Shown piece by piece: positions 39,355-49,131 of a stretch of DNA of 64,000 nt. The stretch comes from an uncultured Gemmatimonadales bacterium (GTDB lineage: Bacteria > Gemmatimonadota > Gemmatimonadetes > Gemmatimonadales > Gemmatimonadaceae). The stretch is from contig CAWKMU010000004.1 in NCBI GenBank assembly GCA_963850905.1, positions 512,001-576,000 on the forward strand, read 5' to 3'. The translations under genes and the position numbers were made by a program. The notes beneath the pieces were generated by a model that saw only the letters and a program-made list of their open reading frames with translations, searched no databases and was not told the origin of the DNA. Position 1 is the stretch's first letter. The number at the start of each line of letters is the position of its first letter.

Positions 39355-39864
39355 GTGAGTGAATCGAATCAGGACCACGCCGCGAAGCTGAGCGACCAAC
39401 TCTGCTTCGACCTGTACGCGGCCGCACGGGCGGTCACCCGTGCCTATGGGCCAGCCCTCGCCGCTGTGGGGCTCACCTACCCACAGTACCTGGTCATGAC
39501 CACACTATGGCAGCACGCCCCGCGCACGGTGAAGGAGCTGGGGCAGAGGCTCGATCTCGACTCCGGCACGCTGTCGCCGCTTCTCAAGCGACTCGAGTCG
39601 GCTGGTCTGGTGACCCGCCACCGCCGCCCCGATGACGAGCGCACAGTCGAGATCGCCCCGACGGCCAAAGGACGCGCGCTGGTCCGCGACGCTGCCGGCG
39701 TGCCGAGGGCGATGGCCGGCGCGATGGGGATCTCGGCTCAGGAAGCGAGACGCACCCGCGCCATATTGGGAAAACTGATCGCGTCCCTCGGGCGCACCCC
39801 GGACGACGAAGCGACTCTCGTGGCGGAGGCCGGCGACGCATCCCCGCGCCGTGCGGCCTCGTGA
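39355..39864 (+). CDS. MarR family regulator, OhrR-like (paralogue 1)
   Basis: LSDQLCFDLY (N-terminal Cys), LTYPQYLVM, LDSGTLSPLLKRLE and R..DDER; GGGAG RBS. Confidence 0.9.
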   Translation: MSESNQDHAAKLSDQLCFDLYAAARAVTRAYGPALAAVGLTYPQYLVMTTLWQHAPRTVKELGQRLDLDSGTLSPLLKRLESAGLVTRHRRPDDERTVEIAPTAKGRALVRDAAGVPRAMAGAMGISAQEARRTRAILGKLIASLGRTPDDEATLVAEAGDASPRRAAS

Positions 39865-40090
39865 TTGGCCACCTCGTCGCCACTGGTTGGCCTGTCCGCT
39901 TTGTTGTCGTGCCGGTGCTCCTCGTCGGGCTCCTCGTGACACGGTGGCTGCTGCGCCGAACGCGATCGCCGGCCGGCTGGCGCGCCCCGTCCGTTTGACG
40001 AGCGTTTGCGCGGCAGACGGCGTGGCAGAGCCGCTCGACCGCGGCCACGACGGTCGCGGCCGCTTACGCCACCGTTCGGCTTAGGCTCTA

Positions 40091-40594
40091 TTATCGGGCC
40101 GCACGTCGCGTGCGGCCATCCTCTGCGCCTTCGGTCGTCTGGTCGGCGCGCCGGGCGAGCGACGTCGTCACTTCTTTCAAAAGGGCGCGGAGCCGCTGGC
40201 CCGCGTCCGCCGTCAGACCCATGGCGGACGCCATCTTGGTCGGCACGCCTGCCGCCTCGCGCAGGAGCGCGGTTCCCTTCAATGTCAGGGCGACCTCGAC
40301 CGCGCGCTCATCCTCCTGGCGCCGGCCGCGGGTGACCAGGCCGGATGCGTCCAGTCGCTTGAGGAGCGGCGACAGGGTGCCCGAATCGAGCTCTAGTCGG
40401 TCGCCAAGCTCGGTGACAGTGCGCGGCGCGCGCTGGCGCAGCGCCACCATGACCAGGTACTGCGGGTAGGTCAGCCCCAGCGACGACAGGAGCGGCCGAT
40501 AGGCGCGTGTAACGGCCCGCCCCGTAGCACAGAGATCGAAACACAGGCTCTCGCTCAGGTCGGCTGCCTCTACTATGTGCTTCAGATTTACCAC
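40091..40594 (-). CDS. MarR family regulator, OhrR-like (paralogue 2)
   Basis: LSESLCFDLC, LTYPQYLVM and LDSGTLSPLLKRLD; GAGAGG RBS before GTG 40594. Confidence 0.88.
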   Translation of the reverse strand: MVNLKHIVEAADLSESLCFDLCATGRAVTRAYRPLLSSLGLTYPQYLVMVALRQRAPRTVTELGDRLELDSGTLSPLLKRLDASGLVTRGRRQEDERAVEVALTLKGTALLREAAGVPTKMASAMGLTADAGQRLRALLKEVTTSLARRADQTTEGAEDGRTRRAAR

Positions 40595-40760
40595 GGATGA
40601 CCTCTCGTCAATCGAGACGACTGGAGCGTCGGAGGAGCTGCGCTCGCCCGCGTACCTGCGAGCCATCGGGCGACTCCGTGGCGGCGCGTCACCGGCGACC
40701 CCTGCTAGCGCTCGCTCCGCGGCGGCGCCTTGGTGGGCGCTCGTCGCAGACGCTTGACCT

Positions 40761-40827
40761 ATAATATAACGATCAATCAAGTTGTCAATGATTGTCTATT
40801 GACAATTTCATTTGTACACGATAGAAT
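40761..40827. promoter_or_regulatory. Back-to-back sigma70-type promoters with phased operator-like boxes
   Basis: Plus strand: TTGACA(40799-804)-17-TAGAAT(40822-27). Minus strand: TTGACA(40788-83)-16-TATTAT(40766-61). Confidence 0.75.
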
Positions 40828-40911
40828 AGTACACCAAGGGATTGGAGGTGGCGGCGCCCGATCGACTCCCGCGCCACCGCCCTCACCACACTCCCCGCTC
40901 CAGGAGGTCGT

Positions 40912-41409
40912 ATGCTCGCCCGACGGCACGTTCAAACCATGGTGACGCTCACGGCGCTGGCCGCGATCGCAGCGTGTAACCCGTTCGCCACCAAACCGAA
41001 GGTCGGCCAGATTGATCCTGAGAACTCCTCCGCCAACTTGGGATGGAATGCGACGCTGTCGACGCCCGGTGGCATGACGGGAGCAGTCGACCTCCACGGT
41101 ACTGCAACGCTCGTCTCACATGGCTCCGGCAAGAGCGTCGCGACCATAGCAATCAGCAACGCGGCGCCGAGCGGCGTGCACCCGTGGCACGTGTATCAGG
41201 GGCAATGCGGCGATAATGGCGCTGTCGTCGGCTCGGCGACCGCGTACCCGCCGCTCAACGTCAATGGGGCTGGGACCGCGACCGCGATGGCGACGTTGCC
41301 ACTCGAGCTCCCCACCTCAGGTACCTACTACGTCGCCGTGAATGCGTCGGCAGCCAACATGCAGACGGTTTTGGCCTGCGGAAATTTGGCACCGCCGAAC
41401 GCCGGCTAA
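40912..41409 (+). CDS. Lipoprotein with Cu/Zn-SOD-like / CHRD-like beta-sandwich
   Basis: AGGAGG RBS; lipobox IAAC; HPWHVYQGQC...YPPL...YYVAVN...LACGNL. Confidence 0.7.
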   Translation: MLARRHVQTMVTLTALAAIAACNPFATKPKVGQIDPENSSANLGWNATLSTPGGMTGAVDLHGTATLVSHGSGKSVATIAISNAAPSGVHPWHVYQGQCGDNGAVVGSATAYPPLNVNGAGTATAMATLPLELPTSGTYYVAVNASAANMQTVLACGNLAPPNAG

Positions 41410-41503
41410 CGCCACGCGCACGCCGGCGTGGATCGCTGATCCAGTGCTGACCTCACGCCGGCTGGGCCGTGTACCAGCCGGCGGTGAGCGCCGGAGCCAG
41501 ACG

Positions 41504-42688
41504 ATGGGCTGGCGGACTATGGACATGTTGCGCGCCGTCTCGGTCGCGATCGGCGTGTACTTCGCGTTTCGCGCCATCTGGGCGGCGAGCACGGTCCTCC
41601 TCGTGGTCTTTCTCGGTATCCTGTTCGGACTTGCCGTGTCGGCCGGCGTCGACCAGCTCGCGGGCGCGCACCTAGGGCGCTGGCACCTGCCGCGCGCCGT
41701 GAGCGCCGCCGCGATCGTGCTCGGCCTTTTTGGATCGCTTGGTAGTATCGGCGCAGCAATGTATCCGACCCTGGCCGAGCAGGCCCAGGAGATCCAACGC
41801 CGGCTACCAGAGGCTGTGCGCAAGGTCTCCACGTGGACGACGGCCGAGGAGGGCGGAATCGTCCGCGCGATCGCCGGGCATCGCGCGGTCGATAGGGCAC
41901 TGCCAGGGCCCGCGATCCCCCGCCCTGCTGCCGCGAGCGGCCCCGATCGAGCGCCGCCCTCTGGCGACACATCCGATATCGCCGCACGGGTCTCCGACCA
42001 GGCGACCGCGCTGACCCGATTTCTGTTTGGTTTCGTCGGCTCGACCGTCGAGGTGATCGTCTACGCGCTCCTGATCCTCTTTGTGGGCGTCTATGTCGCG
42101 GCCGACCCCACCCTCTACCATCGCGGCCTGCTTCACCTGTTTCCGCACCGGGCACGCGAACGCGCCGGCGACGTCTTGAGCGCGATCGCGCTCGTACTCC
42201 GAAAATGGCTCGTGACGCAGGCGATCGCGATGCTCACGATTGCCGCCGTCTGGGCAGTGGCGCTCTCGCTCCTCGGGGTTAAAGCCGCGCTGGCCCTAGC
42301 TGTGATCGCGGGGTTCCTCGAGTTCGTGCCGACCATTGGGCCAACGCTCGCCGTGGTGCCGGCGCTTGCGATGGCACTGCTGGACTCGCCCCAGAAGGCA
42401 GCGTCGGTGCTCGTGGTCTATCTCATCATCCAAGGCATCGAGTCCAATATTCTGATCCCGATGCTTATGAAGGGGCAGATTCATCTCGCTCCCGCGCTCA
42501 CGATCGTGGCGCAGGCGCTCATGACCCTCGCGTTCGGCTTTTTGGGACTTATTGTCGCCGTCCCGCTGACGGCCGCGCTCATCGTCCCGGTCAAGCTGCT
42601 CTACGTCGAGGACGTGGTCGGCGACGGCATGACCGACGGTGAGACTGACCCCGCGAGCGCCATTCTGGTCGGACAGCTCGCGACGTAG
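41504..42688 (+). CDS. AI-2E family (PerM-like) transporter
   Basis: WL..Q...M, LEFVPTIGP, IQGIESNILIP and GFLGLIVAVPLTA; start uncertain. Confidence 0.85.
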   Translation: MGWRTMDMLRAVSVAIGVYFAFRAIWAASTVLLVVFLGILFGLAVSAGVDQLAGAHLGRWHLPRAVSAAAIVLGLFGSLGSIGAAMYPTLAEQAQEIQRRLPEAVRKVSTWTTAEEGGIVRAIAGHRAVDRALPGPAIPRPAAASGPDRAPPSGDTSDIAARVSDQATALTRFLFGFVGSTVEVIVYALLILFVGVYVAADPTLYHRGLLHLFPHRARERAGDVLSAIALVLRKWLVTQAIAMLTIAAVWAVALSLLGVKAALALAVIAGFLEFVPTIGPTLAVVPALAMALLDSPQKAASVLVVYLIIQGIESNILIPMLMKGQIHLAPALTIVAQALMTLAFGFLGLIVAVPLTAALIVPVKLLYVEDVVGDGMTDGETDPASAILVGQLAT

Positions 42689-42820
42689 ACTCGGCAGGCG
42701 CCGCGCACACGCCCGCACCGCTCGAGGCGCAATGGTCCTCCTCGCCGGCTCCTGCGTCTCGATCCAAGACATATGACGGCCAATACAGTTGTCTCCTATA
42801 TCGTCGACTCCTATTCTCTA

Positions 42821-42849
42821 TTGACTTATCGCATTGCGCACAATATAAT
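42821..42849 (+). promoter_or_regulatory. Sigma70-type promoter with ATTG-N4-CAAT box in the spacer
   Basis: TTGACT-17-TATAAT; ATTGcgcaCAAT at 42833-44. Confidence 0.8.
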
Positions 42850-42935
42850 GGTAGGCGAGTGCTGAGGCCCGCACGCCACGGACTCGCCGAGTCGCGCGTG
42901 CCGCCACACTCTCGGCCCGGGAGGGCCCCGTGCGC

Positions 42936-43283
42936 ATGCAACGCTCTCTGCAGATCCTAACTGTTCTCACGACGCTCGCGACGGTCGTCGCGTGCGGAAC
43001 GTACGGGAGAGGGGTGAAGAGCCCGAGTCCCGAGTACGCCTCCACCACCGTCGTCTGGGACTCCGGTCCGATCGACCGGGACTACAATAGCCAGCGAACC
43101 GAATTAGACGCGCGGCACACTCAAGAGATCGCCAACCCACGAGCTGGCGAATCGTCGGATCAAATGAAGGACCGGCAAGGAGCAGAGAGCAAGGACCTCG
43201 ATGCGCGATACGCAGCGGGCAAAGCGTCTCACTCCGATAGCGTGCCGGCGTCGGATCATGGACACGACGACAAGTCTCGCTAG
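42936..43283 (+). CDS. Small hydrophilic lipoprotein
   Basis: GGAGGG RBS; lipobox VVAC; charged helical body. Confidence 0.7.
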   Translation: MQRSLQILTVLTTLATVVACGTYGRGVKSPSPEYASTTVVWDSGPIDRDYNSQRTELDARHTQEIANPRAGESSDQMKDRQGAESKDLDARYAAGKASHSDSVPASDHGHDDKSR

Positions 43284-43373
43284 CCCGAGGCGGGTGGACG
43301 TGGATCGTGCGGTGTGACCGCACGATCCCGTGCGGAGAGGGGACGAGAAGATTCCCTTAAGGTGGAGGCTGCA

Positions 43374-43763
43374 ATGACGTGGAAATGGAGTGCCCGCGGA
43401 CACCTCTTGAGCATGGGGGTGGTGCTATCGTTGCTCGCCAGCTCGGCATGTGCATCACATCCACCCTACCAGCATCCGGATCTACGCACGGACTCCCACG
43501 GCGACGTCGTGAATCAACATCCGGGCGATGCCGCTCGCTCTACGCGCCAGGCACCGCCCCCGGCTCAGCACGCAACGCCGCCGGCGCAACCTGGGCCGGA
43601 GTACAGCTGGGGGTCGGGCCAATACAGCTGGGACAGCAACGACTTCCAATCCCGTGGCGGCGGGTGGGCCGTTCCACCCACCGGGTATTACGCCTGGACC
43701 GCGGGCAGCTGGGAAAAAAGCCGCACCGACAACTGGGTCTATGTCGAAGGCCACTGGCAGTAG
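43374..43763 (+). CDS. Small lipoprotein with YXWGXW-like repeats
   Basis: GGAGG RBS; lipobox SSAC; YSWGSGQYSW, AWTAGSW and YVEGHW. Confidence 0.7.
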   Translation: MTWKWSARGHLLSMGVVLSLLASSACASHPPYQHPDLRTDSHGDVVNQHPGDAARSTRQAPPPAQHATPPAQPGPEYSWGSGQYSWDSNDFQSRGGGWAVPPTGYYAWTAGSWEKSRTDNWVYVEGHWQ

Positions 43764-43853
43764 GAGCGAAGTGTCGATAGCAGCGGTCCATTGTTGGTTA
43801 GTCCGCCTTCCCGTGATGCGATCTGGCGCGTACCTCAAACATCAGGAGCTCCA

Positions 43854-44003
43854 ATGTTGTTCACAATCGCGGCCGTGCTCTTCATCCTCTGGATCTTAGG
43901 ATTCGGTGTATTCCACGTGGCAGGTGGCTTGATTCACTTGCTCCTGGTTCTGGCGGTCATTTCACTACTCTGGCAATTGATTGCTGGGCGACGGGCAGTC
44001 TAG
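43854..44003 (+). CDS. lmo0937/DUF5670 family small membrane protein
   Basis: AGGAG RBS; ML.TIA.VL.ILW.LGF.....[13 protein letters not shown]......GRR. Confidence 0.85.
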   Translation: MLFTIAAVLFILWILGFGVFHVAGGLIHLLLVLAVISLLWQLIAGRRAV

Positions 44004-44059
44004 TGCAAACCGCGAACCGAGGCCGTACCATGCGCTCCATCGCCCTGCTGCGAGGCGGT

Positions 44060-44632
44060 ATGAAGGTCACGATGGGAGTGCTTGCGTCGCTGCTGTTGCT
44101 GTCCGCGCCGGCGGCTGCGCAAGAGAGAAGTGGCGGCGATCACGGTGGCCAGGAAGGCGGAGCCGGCGGCCACACGGTCGGCGGTGGACACATTCCCGCG
44201 CATGGTCCCGTCGCGTTCAAGGGCGGACAACATGCGGGCGAACCACACGGGCCCCCGAAGGGACAAGCGTTCGTGGATCAGCCGGGACACCCGAACGCCC
44301 CTCACGTTCACGCCGACAATGATGAGTGGGTCGGTCGAACGGCGCCCAATGATCCGCATTACCACCTGGATCATCCGTGGCAGTACGGACACTTCACCGG
44401 GGGGTTCGGGCCGACCCATACGTTTCGCTTGGCCGGTGGCGGCCCCGGTCGGTTCTGGTTCGGGGGCAACTACTTCAGTGTCGCGCCCTACAATGTTGGC
44501 TACGCCGGTGACTGGCTGTGGAACTCCGACCAGATCGTGATTTACGAGGACCCCGATCAGGTAGGGTGGGAGCTAGCGTATAACCCGAGGCTGGGGACGT
44601 ATGTCCATGTGATGTATCTCGGGAACCACTAA
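44060..44632 (+). CDS. Secreted Gly/His/aromatic-rich hypothetical protein
   Basis: Signal peptide ending AAA-Q; C-domain [28 protein letters not shown]. Confidence 0.7.
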   Translation: MKVTMGVLASLLLLSAPAAAQERSGGDHGGQEGGAGGHTVGGGHIPAHGPVAFKGGQHAGEPHGPPKGQAFVDQPGHPNAPHVHADNDEWVGRTAPNDPHYHLDHPWQYGHFTGGFGPTHTFRLAGGGPGRFWFGGNYFSVAPYNVGYAGDWLWNSDQIVIYEDPDQVGWELAYNPRLGTYVHVMYLGNH

Positions 44633-44676
44633 CGAGACACAGTGAGCCCGCGGTCACTCGCAGCACTGAGAGTCTC

Positions 44677-44850
44677 ATGACGATCCCGCTCTTCTCCGCA
44701 CCCGTTGGACCCATCACGGAACACCGCCGGCGCCGGCGGCGATGGCAGCGACGACGACATTGGGGCACGGTGCTGCTCAGACGGGCCGTCGTGTTGGAGG
44801 CGGGGGCCTTGGTTGCGCTGGTGATCTGCATCGTCCTGGTGCTGGACTAA
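44677..44850 (+). CDS. 57-aa Arg-rich protein with C-terminal TM helix (below the ORF-track cutoff)
   Basis: MTIPLFSAPVGPITEHRRRRRRWQRRRHWGTVLLRRAVVLEAGALVALVICIVLVLD*; co-oriented with the upstream cluster; weak GAGAG RBS. Confidence 0.45.
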   Translation: MTIPLFSAPVGPITEHRRRRRRWQRRRHWGTVLLRRAVVLEAGALVALVICIVLVLD

Positions 44851-45025
44851 CGACCGACACTGCAACATCAGTCCCCCGGCCGACTCGACGACGCGCATTG
44901 TCCTTATGCAATGGCGCGCGACGGTGAGTCGGCCAGGGGAGCTCCCAGCGCCGCGGGACCGCATCCGCCAATCGAATGACGAGCGATCGACTACATCAGG
45001 CGCTTGGACCCCCTTGCACGTGTGG

Positions 45026-46933
45026 TCAACCCGGCACCGCACATGGCATGGTCAACGTGAACGTTGAGCCGACGCCAAGGGTGCTGACGACCGTGACATC
45101 GCCGCCCATCGCTCTCGCCAGATCGCGGCTGATGGCGAGGCCGAGTCCCGTACCTTCGTCCGTCCCCGTCAGCCGCCGGCCAACCTGGACGAACGGCTCG
45201 AAGAGCGTCTTGATGTGCTCGGCCGCGATCCCGCGCCCGGTGTCGCACACGGTCAGGTCGACCGCGGCCGCCGTTCCGGATCGGGAGATTGAGGTCGCGT
45301 CGTGGACGCGACGCCGACGGTCGGACGGTATAGCCGCCAGTGTGATGCTGCCGCCGGCGTCTGTGAACTTGATCGCGTTGGACAGCAGATTGAGCAGGAT
45401 CTGGAGCACTTTCTCCAGATCCCCGTGGAGAACGAGCGTGGGGACGCAGGGCGTGCGCACGAACGCAAGGCCTTTTGCCGACGCCAGCGGCTCGACCATC
45501 TGCGCGGCGCCGTCGAGTACCTCGCTCACGGGGCTGTCCACATTGACGAACGGAACCTCCCGCGATTTGAGCCTTGCGAAGTTCAGTACGTTGTTGATGA
45601 GGCCGAGCAGGTGCTTACCTGCCGTTTGGATTCGACCCAGCGCGTCCAGCTGCGCCACGGTTACCGGCCCGCGCAGGCCAATCGCGACGAGTTCCGTGTA
45701 CCCCAGAATCGCGTTCAGCGGTGTGCGCAGCTCGTGGCTCATCGACGTGAGAAACGAGGTCTTGACCTGATTGGCGTGCTCCGCGTCTTTGCGCGCAGTG
45801 TCCGAGCGCGCGCGAGCGGCGTCGGCGCTGATTTGCGCTAGACGCACTCCATCGTAGCGACGCGCACCGTCCAGGAGATCCGCGCAACGGCTCGCGAGAT
45901 CCTCCGCCAGTTGGACATCGTCCACCGTATAAGGGACGGCCCCGATCGGATTCACGAACGTGATCGCGCCGCGGAGTCGTTTGTGAATAATGAGCGGCAC
46001 GACGAGGAGGGTCCCGAGCCCGAGCGCTCGCAGCAGACGCAGATTATCCGGACCGTGCGCCGCGTCCGCGAGCACGGCGTCGATGTCGGTGTCCACAATC
46101 GTCGAAGCCCGCGTCTCCGCGATGAGCGACACGCCCAGCGGATCGCCCGGGGCTGGCGACCAGTGCTGGTCGAGCTCCTGCACGATGGCCGTTTTCATCG
46201 GGTCGGGGTGCACAATGGGCAGCCGCCACCACGAGCCATCGGGCTGGTCGACATCGACGATGGACCAGGCGCCGACCTTCGGGAGGGCAACCGTCGCGAT
46301 TGCCCCATAGACGCCCTCGAGGTCGAACGAGACGCCCAGGCGGCGACTCTCGTCAGCCAGGAATACCGCTCGGGCTCGGGCGCGGTCGGCGCCTTGGGCG
46401 ACGTCCTGCTCCCGCAAGGCGGCAAAGAGGAGGCGCTCCGTGATCGCCCGCTGACGCGAGCGTGCGTCCTCCCGGCGACGAGTGGCTCGGACCGTGACCA
46501 CCAGACAATCCAACCGACCGCCATCCTCCACGACGGGCCACAAATCACAGCACCACGTCGTGCGACGCGCCGGCGATTCGGCCCCGGGCGGGAATCCCAA
46601 GTGCGCGTCGTGCACGGCGACACCGTCGCGTCGGACTCGATCGAGAAGCCCCTTCAGCCCTTCGTACTCGGCGGACGGCAGCGCGTCCTCAATGGGCGCC
46701 CCGCAGTCGGCGCGACCGCCAGCGGTCTCACTGAGTCGTCGAAACGCCGCATTGGCGAACACAAGCACGTGCGCCGCCCCACTCACGACCGCCGACGGCA
46801 GCGGCGCGCACTCCAGGTGCGCGTGCGCGAGGCGCACCGACTCCTCGCTAGCGGTCGGCACACAACGCTCCAGGGAGGCGACCGGGCTCCCGACCGGCGC
46901 CAGGCGCGGTGGATGCGGCGTGACTGTAACCAT
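45026..46933 (-). CDS. Cytoplasmic sensor histidine kinase (PAS-like + GAF + HisKA + HATPase)
   Basis: MSHELRTPLNAI, QILLNLLSNAIKFT, D.GRGI, FEPF.Q and GTGLGLAI; LLVVPL...LRGAITF GAF segment; ATG overlaps the upstream TGA. Confidence 0.9.
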   Translation of the reverse strand: MVTVTPHPPRLAPVGSPVASLERCVPTASEESVRLAHAHLECAPLPSAVVSGAAHVLVFANAAFRRLSETAGGRADCGAPIEDALPSAEYEGLKGLLDRVRRDGVAVHDAHLGFPPGAESPARRTTWCCDLWPVVEDGGRLDCLVVTVRATRRREDARSRQRAITERLLFAALREQDVAQGADRARARAVFLADESRRLGVSFDLEGVYGAIATVALPKVGAWSIVDVDQPDGSWWRLPIVHPDPMKTAIVQELDQHWSPAPGDPLGVSLIAETRASTIVDTDIDAVLADAAHGPDNLRLLRALGLGTLLVVPLIIHKRLRGAITFVNPIGAVPYTVDDVQLAEDLASRCADLLDGARRYDGVRLAQISADAARARSDTARKDAEHANQVKTSFLTSMSHELRTPLNAILGYTELVAIGLRGPVTVAQLDALGRIQTAGKHLLGLINNVLNFARLKSREVPFVNVDSPVSEVLDGAAQMVEPLASAKGLAFVRTPCVPTLVLHGDLEKVLQILLNLLSNAIKFTDAGGSITLAAIPSDRRRRVHDATSISRSGTAAAVDLTVCDTGRGIAAEHIKTLFEPFVQVGRRLTGTDEGTGLGLAISRDLARAMGGDVTVVSTLGVGSTFTLTMPCAVPG

Positions 46934-48682
46934 CAAGTCCGCCGGCTCGCTGCCGTCGATGCGGCGGATTCCTGGTCTCCGTGCGCGACAGCCCGATACC
47001 TCCGCCGTTGCGGCTCACCCACCTCGCTCGCGTAGTCCAGTGCGATCAGTCGCTCCAACACCCCAGTGACGTCTCCGTCGGCCATACCAGCCTGCCTCGC
47101 GAGCAGGTCCGGCGATGCCTCGCGGAGCCGAATCAGCACGTCGAGGATCGTGCCTTCTCGCTCCGTGAGTCCGGCGTAGCCCGCACGGCGCACGCGCTGC
47201 TGGCGATCGGGGACGCCAGTAGTGATGCCGTGATAATCCTCGAGCCGCTGCCCAATGACCGCGCCGCGCGCACCGATCTCGTAGGTCCGATAGTCCCGAC
47301 TGTGCTGGCTGCCGCGCATCTTGACCACCACGAGCACGGGCCGGAGCTCGCCGGCGATTTCCACATATCGCTGCACGATGATGTCGTCCGTGATGAAGGA
47401 CACACGCTCGAGTGTGACACTCGTCGTGGGAAATGCCGGCGTTTCGGCGGTCATGACGACGGTGACGCCCGTCGCCGTGAGCGCGCCGACGAGGCGATAC
47501 AGCGACTCTCGGAAGTCCTCCCGAAAGGTGGGCGCGAGCGCCACCTCGAAACCCGATAACGAATCGATGACCACGCGTGTTGCGCCGAGCCGCTCGACCT
47601 CATCCAGAATCGCCGCCAGCGTCTCATCAACGGAGAGGTCCAGTGGCCGCAGATAGATCAGCGCCAACTTGCCGCGCTCGACCATCGCTGCGAGATCGAT
47701 GTCCAGCGCTTTCGCTCTCGCCAGGTACGCTTCCGGGTATTCCTCGAAGACGACCGCCACCCCAGCTTCACCCCGCGTGAGACCCTCGGCCAGGAACTGC
47801 GTGGCGAACGTCGTCTTCCCGCTGCCCGCCGGACCGCTCAACAAGACGGCGTCGCCCGCAGGGTATCCGCCACCGGTCATCGCATCGAGTCCCGGTACGC
47901 CCGTCGCGAGCCGCTCGGTGCGACGCGGCCGTCGCGCTTCTTGCTGCTCCGGAATACGCGGGAAGACCCGGATGCCGGTGTCGGTGATGCGAAAGCTGTG
48001 CAGCCCCGGCATCGACGATCGCCCGCGCACCTTGACTGCCTGGACCTTGCGAACGACGGAGTTGCGGTCCAGGACCTGCGACAGCCAAAAGAATGCCATC
48101 GGCCACGGTGAAGACGGGATTCTGCAGCTCGGGCTCAACGTATTCGCCGATCAGGAAAGAGGTGACTTCCCAGGTCGTCAGGTGAAGCGCCAGCCGCTGG
48201 ACGAACTGGTCCAGTCCCATCGCGTCCGCGCCGTTGGCGTCACGTGCCTGCAGCCCGAGGGTGCGGAACGAGTCGACGACGACGAGCCCGGGGTTGGCCT
48301 GCTCGACTTCGTCGACAATTCGCTTGAGCACGGCGGCAAGGTCGTGCCGCAGCACTTCCTCGGTCAGATTAATGAAGCGCACCGCAGACCCAACGAGCTC
48401 GGGCCGGAAGAAGCGAAACTGGCGCTGGTAGCGAATCATCTTGAGCGTCGGCTCGCCGAGGACCGTGAAATACAGCGCCGGCCGCTCGACGGTCGCGTTG
48501 TGAAAGACGATCTGTTGCGCCAGCGTGGTCTTCCCCGCGCCAGGGCCGCCGGCGACAAGATTGAACGAGAATTCCGGCAGGCCGCCGCGTAGCACTGCAT
48601 CGAGACCTGGCACCCCAGTCGCCAACGATCCGATCAACGACCGGTCCGCGACGCCCTCGTCAATCGACATGAGGTGAATCAC
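46933..48682 (-). CDS. Double-domain KaiC-like (RecA-fold) ATPase with C-terminal wHTH; +1 frameshift at 48087-90
   Basis: ATGVPGLD and GGPGAGKT (domain I); ATGVPGLD, GPAGSGKT, FEE, VVIDS, VSFITD and KMRGS (domain II); T4 run where DGILWL needs T3. Confidence 0.85.
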
Positions 48683-49131
48683 GGCATACCTCGATTGTGG
48701 CGCCCGCTCGCACGAGTCGTGGCGGGCGTGAGCGCGCCGTGGTCCAGCAGGCCAAGCGCCATATCGTCTCCGATGAGGCGGCCGAGGAGCTCGATGAGTG
48801 CCGAGAGCACAGCGGCAGCGCCGTCGTTTGCCGCCGCGGCCCCGTGGCGGAGGGCGCCCTCAGTCAATCCATCCAGGCAGTAGACCGACCCGGCGCTGAT
48901 TCGTACCGTCTCGAGCACGGGGTGTCCGCCTGCCACCTGAGCGGCCGCGAGCGCGCGAGCAAAGAGCGCACGGCACCCATCCGTTCCCATCCAACGCGAC
49001 AACTCATCCGATACGCGGTGGCAGACGCGGTCCGCGGCTCCCGTCGTATCGGCGCCGAGCGGTATTGACGCCTCTCGGGTAAGGAGCTTGGATGCGAGCG
49101 CTCGTGCGGCTACTTCGGTGGGTGGCGGCAC
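48679..49131 (-). CDS. Small alpha-helical hypothetical protein coupled to the KaiC-like gene
   Basis: GGGGAGG RBS before GTG 49131; L.RWMG.DGCRALF.RAL and LIELLGRLIG..MA..LL; GTGA overlap with the KaiC-like start. Confidence 0.7.
   Translation of the reverse strand: MPPPTEVAARALASKLLTREASIPLGADTTGAADRVCHRVSDELSRWMGTDGCRALFARALAAAQVAGGHPVLETVRISAGSVYCLDGLTEGALRHGAAAANDGAAAVLSALIELLGRLIGDDMALGLLDHGALTPATTRASGRHNRGMP

Noticed and set aside
46933..48682. True circadian kaiABC clock
   Set aside because: No kaiA or kaiB, the ST phosphosite pair is incomplete, and domain I lacks the EE motif
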